Positions 19,360-27,246 of a stretch of 45,052 bases of DNA are shown piece after piece. The position numbers and the translations under genes were made by a program. The stretch is from Thermoplasmatota archaeon. GTDB lineage: Archaea > Thermoplasmatota > E2 > JACPAO01 > JAHFTW01. Location of the stretch: contig JBFJXH010000002.1 in NCBI GenBank assembly GCA_041623215.1, forward strand, positions 1-45,052. Direction: 5' to 3'. How positions within the stretch are numbered: the stretch's first letter is position 1; each line of letters begins with the position of its first letter. The notes beneath the pieces were generated by a model, which searched no databases, was not told the origin of the DNA, and worked only from the letters and a program-made list of their open reading frames with translations.

Positions 19360-21072
19360 TCACAAGCGCAAGTGCCCAAGGTCGCGTGACGGGACCCACT
19401 TGACTTTGGTCGCCAAGAGTCTGTCTTGGGCGTCGGCATCAGCCTCATCGCAGACAACCAATCCTAGATCTGCATCCAATGCATTGGCGGTGGCCACAAA
19501 CGAATCGGCTAGCCCAGCATCCAAGCGCATGGGCAGGATGGCGATGAGTCGCTCGGGGAATCCTTCTGGTCGTTCCGCTGCTACTTCCACGTGGTGGCCA
19601 GGCACGTTGGGGTTTTCCAGCAGGTCGTAGCCAGCTTCCTCAAGGCGCTCCAACAAGCGGGCACGCCCGGGGGATGGAAGCATGGTCGAGGTGGCTTGGC
19701 CCGCCACGCCGGCCGTAGCTTGGTGGGCTCCGCGCGTCACTACGGTGGTATCAGCCTGGGCAAGCGGGCGCGGCGGCAACCGGCTGGCTTCCATATCTTG
19801 TGCCCGCGCAACCACAGAACCGGCGTCGCGCTCGGCGCCCGGCATGTGCCCGGATGGCGTAATGCCGCGCGTCGCGGCTTCGCCTCCCAGCATCGCAGGC
19901 TCGTAGCCCGGCTGGGCAGCAAAGCGCCGCGCTCGCTCTTCGGCCTCGGGGTCAACGTAGCGCATGCCCGGCTGCTGGCTTGCCCCTTTCGCCGCCGTGC
20001 GATCTACATTGCCAAGAATCGGTGCTGCTGCCGCTCGGCTGCGAGCTTCACCGCCAATGATGCGGTCGATGTCTCGCGCTTCGCGCTCCCAGTCCGGGTC
20101 CCGTTCAGCACGCGAAAGATGGGTGGGTCGCACCGTTTCGTGCCCAACGCGGGAGCCAGGTGGACCCTCCTGCGCGGCGGCGCCGGGGGAAAATCCGGCC
20201 TGGGCGCCAAGCCCGCCGGCCGCGCTGCCTGCTAGTCCATACAATGCCCCTTGGCTGCCAGTCAAGCCGGCGCCCAGGGCTGCGCCTGCCGTTTGGCGGC
20301 GCAGGCCGTGTCGGGTTTCAAGGTCCTTGAGAAGGTTACGTCGCTCGGACGCCTTGATGCGTTGGATGCGTTGGCGCTCTTCGGCTTCGCGCGCCAAAAA
20401 TGCCGCCGATTGCCAACGGCCGAGCACTTGTTCAAGAAACTCGTCGGCCCGCATCCGGACATCGTCGCCGCGGCTCACAAGATAGACGCAGGAGATATCC
20501 ACGAACCGTCCTGCTTCGGCATCGGGGCCCAGCATCTTGGCCATGGTATCCAGGGCACCATCGTCCAACTCCGCCAATCGATCAACGGGCGCAAAGACGG
20601 CGAGGCGAAGGTTCCGCCGTGCGTCACCGCGGGCCCGGAAGGCTCGGTAGCACCAGGCGTGGCCACTGCCAAAGCCGTCGTCGCCTTGCCGGCCAATCGT
20701 CGTGCCAAGACCTGTGCCCTTGCCCCCGCCTCCTCCGCCCAAGTCCTGGCGGATTGCGCGACATTGGGCCTTGTCGAAGGCGACGCGATCCGCCATCAGG
20801 TCCCTAAAGGGCTGGACGGGCACTACGTGGTCAACACGGTCGCCCATCAGAATGGCACTGTCAATGTTGTCCACGTCGCCGGGGCTAATGGCCTCAACGG
20901 CGGCCTCGACGTCGTTGACGATATCTGGGGCATCCTTGGGCACGCGGACAAGGAGAATCCTGGTATGACCATGCTCCCAGACCACGGCCCCATGGTCGCG
21001 GGCCAGCTCGTAGCGGTACGCCTCCAATTGGTCCCTGGAAATAGGAATCTCCGTCATGCGGCGTGCACCCAT
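19360..21072 (-). CDS. Uncharacterised 570-aa protein; first gene of the radB-uvrB-rnhA operon
   Basis: It has protein-like N- and C-terminal domains separated by Gly/Ala-rich, disordered-looking segments (GGGGGGKGTGLG; AGAALGAGLTGSQGALYGLAGSAAGG). The C-terminal 100 aa (LLERLEEAGYDLLENPNVPGHHVEVAAERPEG..RLIAILPMR...GLVVCDE) vaguely follow the Mrr/restriction-endonuclease-fold layout without the catalytic D/E-K. No P-loop. Confidence 0.7.
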   Translation of the reverse strand: MGARRMTEIPISRDQLEAYRYELARDHGAVVWEHGHTRILLVRVPKDAPDIVNDVEAAVEAISPGDVDNIDSAILMGDRVDHVVPVQPFRDLMADRVAFDKAQCRAIRQDLGGGGGGKGTGLGTTIGRQGDDGFGSGHAWCYRAFRARGDARRNLRLAVFAPVDRLAELDDGALDTMAKMLGPDAEAGRFVDISCVYLVSRGDDVRMRADEFLEQVLGRWQSAAFLAREAEERQRIQRIKASERRNLLKDLETRHGLRRQTAGAALGAGLTGSQGALYGLAGSAAGGLGAQAGFSPGAAAQEGPPGSRVGHETVRPTHLSRAERDPDWEREARDIDRIIGGEARSRAAAAPILGNVDRTAAKGASQQPGMRYVDPEAEERARRFAAQPGYEPAMLGGEAATRGITPSGHMPGAERDAGSVVARAQDMEASRLPPRPLAQADTTVVTRGAHQATAGVAGQATSTMLPSPGRARLLERLEEAGYDLLENPNVPGHHVEVAAERPEGFPERLIAILPMRLDAGLADSFVATANALDADLGLVVCDEADADAQDRLLATKVKWVPSRDLGHLRL

Positions 21073-21310
21073 GGTATCGGCTACGAAACGTGACCGGATA
21101 ATCGTTCCTTTCTCCTGTTGGGCCTACCCGGGGCAAGAAAGCAGTGTTTGTGGTTAGACGATGGAAATCATGGCCAAGTCTTCTTGCAGCGGCTTGGGGG
21201 AGGCCGTCAGAAGAGAGACTGGGGCCGTTTCTGGAAATCGATGAGCGGGCCTCCGTCCATCTACCAGATGAATGGATGAGGAAAACCTGAAAGAGCAAAT
21301 GTTGACGGGA

Positions 21311-21526
21311 TGGGGGAGACCCCTTGATTGCCTGTAGAACACCGAAAAGGACTGGCGGACGGGAATAGACGTGAGAAGAACAGACAAGCTGTTGATTCGT
21401 GAGGAAGAACAGACCCTGGTTGTCTAGCGAGCCTTTTGACATAACACTACGGACGCCGCACTTGCGGCTTTTTCCCCTCGGCCACTCCCTATATTCACTC
21501 CAGGCGCAATCAAGGGGTCTCCCCCA
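21311..21526. repeat. 216-bp imperfect palindrome bounded by perfect 21-bp inverted repeats; candidate MITE or long hairpin RNA
   Basis: TGGGGGAGACCCCTTGATTGC (21311-21331) is the exact reverse complement of 21506-21526. An inner arm 21349-21365 pairs with 21472-21488 (14 of 17 positions) about the same centre (21418.5). The + strand is purine-rich left of the centre and pyrimidine-rich right of it. GCAAATG occurs 9 nt outside the left arm and 10 nt outside the right arm. Confidence 0.9.
21370..21414. repeat. Direct repeat CGTGAG(G)AAGAACAGAC x2 near the palindrome apex
   Basis: The copies are at 21370-21385 and 21398-21414. They are identical apart from one extra G and are separated by 12 nt. 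Confidence 0.85.
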
Positions 21527-21543
21527 GCAACAGGTTGCAAATG

Positions 21544-21574
21544 GTCCCAACCAAGTCCCAACCTCTGCCCAACG
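21544..21574. repeat. Three CCCAAC (GTTGGG on the minus strand) motifs phased at exactly 11 nt
   Basis: CCCAAC occurs at 21546, 21557 and 21568. The first two units are GTCCCAACC. The array is followed by GGGGCCGTTTC, which also occurs at 21221-21231. Confidence 0.8.
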
Positions 21575-21630
21575 GGGCCGTTTCGATTTGTGCCTACGTA
21601 GCGCCGAATTCTCCTGGTGACCAAGCGTAA

Positions 21631-23418
21631 TCAGCGTTCTTCGTGCCTTAGGATTCCGTCGCTCCAGGTTGCAAGGATTGACCACTCCGAGGGATGGGAA
21701 TCCGGGTCGTGGAGTCTGCCGGTACTCAGCAGCACCAAATCAGCGCATTTGCCTACTTCGAGGGTGCCCACGTCGTCTTCCCAATGTAGACTCCATGCGG
21801 CCTGATGGGTGTAGTGCCAGATGGCCGTGGCCGCATCGAGGGCTTGGCCAGGCACCGGATGGTCAACGGCGGCAGCGATTCCGACCAGGGGACCAAAGGG
21901 CATGCCATCGCTGCCAAAGGCAAGCGGGACGCCCGCGGCACGTAACCGGCCGAAGGGATTGTTGTGTATGATTCGCTCCGGCCCCAAGCGTTTGGCGTAC
22001 ATGCTCACATCGTCCGGGTCCTCGTCGGGGCCAGGCGGCCGGCTCCATTCCCCCACAAAATTCGGTTGGCTGCTAGCGACTGCCCCACTAGTGACGTGCT
22101 TAGCGATGAGGTCAGCTGGCAGGATTTCGTCATGCTCGATGCGGTGACGAAGTTGCGTGCGGCGGCGCTGGTCCAGTGCTTGGATGGCATCGAGCGCCGC
22201 TTCGACGGCGGCATCACCGATGGCGTGTAGGTGCAGCTGAATCCCGGCTGCATGGGCCTTCGTCGTCAGGCTGTCAATGTCCTGTTGGCTCCAATTCGGT
22301 ACGCCAGTGGGGTGCGGGTGGTCGGGCGGTAGGTCGGCGTAGGGCTCGCGCATCCAAGCTGTATGGGCTCCGAGACTACCATCAAGGAAGATCTTCAGGC
22401 CCCCATCTTGGAGCCACCTGCCGGCCGCTGCGCTTGGGCTGGCTGGAGCGACCTCCGCATTGCCAAGGTCATGGCGTCGTCCAGTTTGGAAGCCAGCCGC
22501 AATTTCAGCCTCCAACTGTTGAACGTAGACGCTGCTGGATGTGCGCACGGTTAGGCGACCAGCAGTTGCGGCCCGTTGCAGGGCGCGTCGGTAGGGTGCT
22601 TGGGAATAGTCGCCGACGGTTGTTACCCCGCGTCGGTGGGCTACATCACAGGCCTTCTGCAAGGCGTAGTCCAGGTCCGCGTCGCTGGTTGGCATCACTT
22701 CGTTGAGGTAGAGGCTGGCATCTTCGTCGAGGCGACCGGTATCGAGGTTGACGAGCCGGTCGGTGTCCCAATGTCGTCGCACCAGATTCAGGGCAGCGGT
22801 GTTGGCGTAGGCAACATGGCCGCAAATGCGTCGAAAAACGAGTGGCCGCCCCGTGGTGGCGGTCACCTCGTCCAACTCTTGGATGGTCGGCGGTCGGCGG
22901 TCGTCCACGGGCCAGTCCGCCTCGTCCCAGCCTTCGCCGATGACGCCACCTCCTGCCCCCGCGGCGTCAGAGTCCGCTTCGGCGGGGTGCTCGTGCAGCC
23001 ATTGGCGGATGGCGGCTAGGCAGGCTTGGCGGCTTGTCAGACCTCGAAGGTCAGGACGGAGCCGCTTCACGCCGACATGTAGGAAGTGGGTGTGGGCATC
23101 GACGAAGCCGGGGATGACCACTTGCTGGCGCGCGTCGATGGGCTTGATGCCGGCGGCCGCAGCGGCAGCTGCCACCTCGGCGGTGGAGCCCACGAGGGCG
23201 ATGCGCCCATGTTTCCAAAGGAGGGCTTCGGCTTTCTGGGTTGGGTCCACCATGGTATGGACCACGGCATTGATGATGGCGCCGTGCCGGGCCTCGTCGG
23301 GGGTGGTGGGTGAGGCGACGATGTCTGGCTCACGTCGAGGGTTGCGGGCGGCCACGGTGGGCACCGGCTCCTGGTCCTCATGACGCTTGCCAACTGCGGC
23401 GCCAGCAGGCCAAAACAA
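21631..23418 (-). CDS. Metal-dependent amidohydrolase (YtcJ-like, Amidohydro_3 type)
   Basis: 595 aa. Motifs: VIPGFVDAHTHFLHVG, QLHLHAIGDAAV, RIEHDEIL, AFGSDGMPFGP. The N-terminal 40 aa are uncertain. Confidence 0.85.
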   Translation of the reverse strand: MFWPAGAAVGKRHEDQEPVPTVAARNPRREPDIVASPTTPDEARHGAIINAVVHTMVDPTQKAEALLWKHGRIALVGSTAEVAAAAAAAGIKPIDARQQVVIPGFVDAHTHFLHVGVKRLRPDLRGLTSRQACLAAIRQWLHEHPAEADSDAAGAGGGVIGEGWDEADWPVDDRRPPTIQELDEVTATTGRPLVFRRICGHVAYANTAALNLVRRHWDTDRLVNLDTGRLDEDASLYLNEVMPTSDADLDYALQKACDVAHRRGVTTVGDYSQAPYRRALQRAATAGRLTVRTSSSVYVQQLEAEIAAGFQTGRRHDLGNAEVAPASPSAAAGRWLQDGGLKIFLDGSLGAHTAWMREPYADLPPDHPHPTGVPNWSQQDIDSLTTKAHAAGIQLHLHAIGDAAVEAALDAIQALDQRRRTQLRHRIEHDEILPADLIAKHVTSGAVASSQPNFVGEWSRPPGPDEDPDDVSMYAKRLGPERIIHNNPFGRLRAAGVPLAFGSDGMPFGPLVGIAAAVDHPVPGQALDAATAIWHYTHQAAWSLHWEDDVGTLEVGKCADLVLLSTGRLHDPDSHPSEWSILATWSDGILRHEER

Positions 23419-23742
23419 TGCAGCTTCCGACGGCTGTGTCCGTTACTGTACAAACTTGTGCAAACCGAAGGCGACGAACAGGAGATTTGTTACCAATTCC
23501 GGGGCCGCTACGACCGGCTCCAACGGGCCCACAGGAACCATCACCGGCTATCTGTTACCAAAGCGCACTAAATCCCCCTGCCTCGTCTCCCACCTCCCCG
23601 CTGCGGCCTGGTGCTGCGGCGGGTCCGGTGGCCTCCAAACACCGGGATGGGATGCACAGGGCGAATGACGTGGCCCGACCGCTACCGACGCCTTGCACCC
23701 CACCCCCTGGCCCCACTTCTGCATTCCACCCGAGGGGATATC

Positions 23743-26700
23743 ATGAGTCACGACACAATACCAGATGGCACCCAAAGCGCCCTTTTGGACCACGAGGCCA
23801 CGCGCGCCGAGGACAGCCCCGACACAACGATTACCATGACTCCAGACGGATCTCCACCCCAAGCCGCCTCCCCGAGTCCGGCCGCGGACAGCAGCGCGGA
23901 CGTTGTCACGGCTGCGCCGCTTCCTGGTGCGGACGCTGGACAAACTCCTCCGGCCGCTACCGGCGGCGTGGACGAAGCTCCCGCTGGTCGAGGCCTCACC
24001 GTGGCCCGCCGGTTCACTGAGGTCGGTGACGACCCCTTCAAGACGCTAGAATGGACGACACGCCGCAGTGTCATTAGCAACCCCGATGGCAGTGTCGTGT
24101 TCGAGGCGGAAGCGGCCGAAGTCCCAGCCGACTGGTCCCAGTTGGCCACCGACATCATTGTCTCCAAATACTTCCGCAAGGCAGGCGTGCCGCAACCGGA
24201 CGGGACCACGGGCGCAGAAACCAGCGCCGCCCAGGTGTGCCACCGCATCGCTAACACGGTGCGCTGGTACGGCGAAAAGCAGGGCTATTTTGCGTCGAAG
24301 GAAGACGCGGACACGTTCGAGGATGAACTAAAGTGGCTGCTGATTACACAGCGCGGCGCCTTCAATAGCCCGGTGTGGTTCAATTGTGGCCACGAACATG
24401 TGTACGGAATCACGGGTAGCGGCGGCAACTGGGCCTGGGACCACGAGGCCAAGGAAGTCCGCCAGGTCGAGAATAACTACGCCCGGCCTCAGTGCAGCGC
24501 CTGCTTCATCCAGAAGGTCGAGGACAACCTGATTGACTCCAAGGGTATTTTCGAACTCCTGCAAGCCGAGGCGCGTTTGTTCAAGTACGGCAGCGGCACC
24601 GGCAGCAACTTCTCGCAGATTCGCAGCCGCTATGAGAATCTCAGCGGCGGTGGCACCAGCAGCGGCCTGATGAGCTTCCTCAAGGTGTTGGATGCCGGCG
24701 CCGGGGCAACCAAGAGTGGTGGAACAACCCGCCGCGCCGCCAAGATGGTGACGCTGGACATGGACCACCCTGAAATTCTGGACTTCATTACTTGGAAGGT
24801 CCGTGAGGAGGACAAGGCGCTCATGTTGATTCGCGCCGGCATGGACGCGGACTTCAATGGCGAAGCCTACGCGACCGTGAGCGGCCAGAACTCCAACAAC
24901 TCGGTGCGCGTAACGGACACCTTCATGCAGGCGGTGGAAGCCGACGGTGAATGGCAAACCGTGATGCGCACGACGGGCGAGGTCCATGAAACCTACAAGG
25001 CGCGTGAGATGTGGAACCAGGTCGCAGATGCGGCGTGGCGCTGCGCCGATCCTGGCCTGCAATACGACACCACCATCAACACATGGCACACCTGCAAGGT
25101 GACCGACCGCATCAACGGTTCCAACCCCTGCAGCGAATACATGTTCCTCGACGACTCGGCCTGTAACCTGGCAAGTCTCAACCTGCTGAAGTTCCTAGAC
25201 GCGGAAGGCAACTTCGACGTGGAGGGCTATCGCCACGCCATCCGTGTTTTCTTCATTGCGCAGGAAATTTTCGTCGATCTATCCTCCTACCCAACAGAGG
25301 ACATTGCCCGCAACTCCCACGACTACCGGCCGCTAGGTCTTGGCTATGCCAACCTGGGGGCCTTGCTGATGGTGAAGGGTTTCGCTTACGATTCACCTGA
25401 GGGACGAGCCGTGGCTGGCGCCCTGACGGGCATTCTTTGCGGTCATGCGTACAAGGTTAGCGCCGAGATGGCCGCCGTCAAGGGTCCGTTTGTGGGCCTG
25501 AATGTGGAGGACGAAACGGGCCAAAGCAACTGGGACACCATGGCAGAAGTCATTGGTATGCACCTTGACGCCGCAAAGCGTCTGCGCGATACCGGCAGCC
25601 CGCTGGAACAAATGGAGGGCTGCGACATGGCGACGCCCGCCATCGCCAACGGCCCCTTCGCTAGCATTTTCGATGCCGCAGTCCAAGATTGGGATGCCGC
25701 GCTGGAACAAGGCCGTGTAGATGGCTGGCGCAACGCTCAAGCGACCGTGCTTGCCCCCACGGGCACCATTGGTCTTCTCATGGATTGTGACACCACCGGT
25801 GTCGAGCCCGATTTCTCGCTTGTCAAGTTCAAGAAGCTGGCCGGTGGCGGCTACTTCAAGATCATTAACCAGTCCGTGCCGGCAGCGCTCCGGAATCTTG
25901 GCTACTCGGAAGAGGAAATCCGCCTGGTCGAGCAATTCGCTATCGGTCACGGAACGTTGGAAGGTGGCCCCGTGGACAAGGCCATGTTCCTGGACAAGGG
26001 CTTCACCGAAGACCAATATCAGGAAGCGTACGACGCTGTGGTGCGCGAGAAGGCCTTCAATGAGTACACGCCAGGCATCAGTCCGGCTGCCATGCGCAAG
26101 GCCGGCTTCAGCCGCCAGGCGGTACGGGAGCTACAAGCGTACGTGGAAGGCCACCAAACCATCGAAGGCAGCCTCGTTCGCGAGGAGCACTTGCCCATCT
26201 TTGATTGCGCCAACAAGTGTGGCGATGGCCAACGATTCATTCACCACACGGGGCACATCCGGATGATGGCGGCAACCCAGCCCTTCTTGTCGGGTGCCAT
26301 TAGCAAGACCATCAACATGCCCAACGAGGTCACCGTCGAGGATGTGGCAGAGGCGTACATGATGGGCTGGAAGTTGAACCTCAAGGCGGTCGCCCTGTAC
26401 CGTGATGGCTCCAAGCACAGCCAGGTCCTGAGCAGTGGCGGGAAGGACGACGAAGAAGGCGAGGAAGCAACCGTCCAAGTGGTCGTGAAAGAACCAGCCG
26501 GCCCCAAGCACGGTGAAATTGAACGGCCGCCCCGCGACAATGACCAAGGCTTCAAGCGCACCGTGACCATTTACACGGCGCATGGCCCCGAAAAGGTCGA
26601 CATTCACGTCTGGGAATACAATGACGGGCGCCCCTGTGAAGTGTTCGTTTCCGCTCGCAAGTCCGGTACTTTGACGGACAACTTCCTCAAGGAAGTGGGC

Positions 26701-27198
26701 AAGAACTACTCGCGCACCCTGCAACTTGGCATGAGCCTGGATGAGCTCACCAAGAAGATGGTGAACGAGCACGGGCCTCTGGCCGGTCAAACGGACCACC
26801 GCTACATCAAGAGCTGCCTGGGCATCCAGGATCTCATTGGCAAGCTGCTACGCTACGAATACTTCGGCGAGAACCAGTTCCTCAGCGTCCAACCCGACCC
26901 CGAGGCACCTGACTACGTTCCCACCCGCCGCGAAGTGCTCGAGGCCCTGCGCCTGGCTCGCCAACGCCCCCGCAACGAAAAGGCGCTCACTGACTTTGCG
27001 CCAGCTGAGGAAGCGGAGGAAGACGAGGGTGAACACAGCTTCGACAAGGCGCTTGGCAAGACCAGCGACGACCCGAACGACTTGCTCAAGAGTATGGGCG
27101 GCGACGCGCCGAGTTGCGATTCTTGCGGCCACACGACCGTTCGCAACGGTGCTTGCTACAAGTGTCTGAATTGCGGCAATTCGATGGGTTGCTCCTGA
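23743..27198 (+). CDS. nrdJ: Class II (adenosylcobalamin-dependent) ribonucleotide reductase with a TSCPD domain and a C-terminal Zn ribbon
   Basis: Motifs: NPCSEYMFLDDSACNLASLNL, VLAPTGTIGLLMDCDTTGVEPDF, GAISKTINMP, the TSCPD-like region ...RPCEVFVSARKSG...YIKSCLGIQD, and the terminal CDSCGH...CYKCLNCGNSMGC. The Met at 23743 is preceded by GAGGGG. The first ~90 aa are low complexity. Confidence 0.93.
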   Translation: MSHDTIPDGTQSALLDHEATRAEDSPDTTITMTPDGSPPQAASPSPAADSSADVVTAAPLPGADAGQTPPAATGGVDEAPAGRGLTVARRFTEVGDDPFKTLEWTTRRSVISNPDGSVVFEAEAAEVPADWSQLATDIIVSKYFRKAGVPQPDGTTGAETSAAQVCHRIANTVRWYGEKQGYFASKEDADTFEDELKWLLITQRGAFNSPVWFNCGHEHVYGITGSGGNWAWDHEAKEVRQVENNYARPQCSACFIQKVEDNLIDSKGIFELLQAEARLFKYGSGTGSNFSQIRSRYENLSGGGTSSGLMSFLKVLDAGAGATKSGGTTRRAAKMVTLDMDHPEILDFITWKVREEDKALMLIRAGMDADFNGEAYATVSGQNSNNSVRVTDTFMQAVEADGEWQTVMRTTGEVHETYKAREMWNQVADAAWRCADPGLQYDTTINTWHTCKVTDRINGSNPCSEYMFLDDSACNLASLNLLKFLDAEGNFDVEGYRHAIRVFFIAQEIFVDLSSYPTEDIARNSHDYRPLGLGYANLGALLMVKGFAYDSPEGRAVAGALTGILCGHAYKVSAEMAAVKGPFVGLNVEDETGQSNWDTMAEVIGMHLDAAKRLRDTGSPLEQMEGCDMATPAIANGPFASIFDAAVQDWDAALEQGRVDGWRNAQATVLAPTGTIGLLMDCDTTGVEPDFSLVKFKKLAGGGYFKIINQSVPAALRNLGYSEEEIRLVEQFAIGHGTLEGGPVDKAMFLDKGFTEDQYQEAYDAVVREKAFNEYTPGISPAAMRKAGFSRQAVRELQAYVEGHQTIEGSLVREEHLPIFDCANKCGDGQRFIHHTGHIRMMAATQPFLSGAISKTINMPNEVTVEDVAEAYMMGWKLNLKAVALYRDGSKHSQVLSSGGKDDEEGEEATVQVVVKEPAGPKHGEIERPPRDNDQGFKRTVTIYTAHGPEKVDIHVWEYNDGRPCEVFVSARKSGTLTDNFLKEVGKNYSRTLQLGMSLDELTKKMVNEHGPLAGQTDHRYIKSCLGIQDLIGKLLRYEYFGENQFLSVQPDPEAPDYVPTRREVLEALRLARQRPRNEKALTDFAPAEEAEEDEGEHSFDKALGKTSDDPNDLLKSMGGDAPSCDSCGHTTVRNGACYKCLNCGNSMGCS

Positions 27199-27246
27199 GG
27201 CGGCCTGGCCGACCACTCCTTAATCCAGCCCACCCATAGAGACAGC

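Noticed and set aside
19360-21072. The Gly run GGGGGGKGTG in the 570-aa protein as a Walker A P-loop (a divergent Orc1/Cdc6 or ATPase)
   Set aside because: The Lys is followed by Gly rather than Ser/Thr. There is no Walker B or sensor motif, and the surrounding sequence looks disordered rather than Rossmann-like.
21159-21590. The replication origin (oriC) hypothesis. GTTTC-TG-GAAAT next to a GGGG run resembles the ORB core GTTTCCACTGGAA plus a G-string, and radB sits in the origin-adjacent operon in Pyrococcus.
   Set aside because: The match lacks the central 3 nt of the ORB. There is only one good copy, no AT-rich unwinding element, and no orc1/cdc6 gene in the window. It is kept only as a minor alternative under the island finding.
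21073-21630. Whether the gene-free island is RNase P RNA, SRP (7S) RNA, a group II intron remnant or a tRNA
   Set aside because: I read both strands for GAGGAAAGUCCGGGC / ACAGAACCCGGCUUA (RNase P P4), CAGGCCCGGAAGGGAGCA (SRP helix 8), group II domain V and a T-arm GGTTCGAATCC. Only loose resemblances were found (GAGGAAAACCUG, AACAGACCCUGGUU), and they do not pair with each other as P4 requires.
23419-23742. An adenosylcobalamin riboswitch upstream of the B12-dependent RNR
   Set aside because: I found no B12 box (AGYCMGGAGACCKGCC-like) and no GCCACUG or GGUG..AA..CC elements on the sense strand. Riboswitches are also rare in archaea.
23743-27198. An intein inside the unusually long (1151-aa) NrdJ
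   Set aside because: The conserved RNR blocks are contiguous. No Cys/Ser-initiated insertion ending in HN followed by C/S/T was seen. The extra length is explained by the disordered N-terminus, the TSCPD domain and the C-terminal Zn ribbon.
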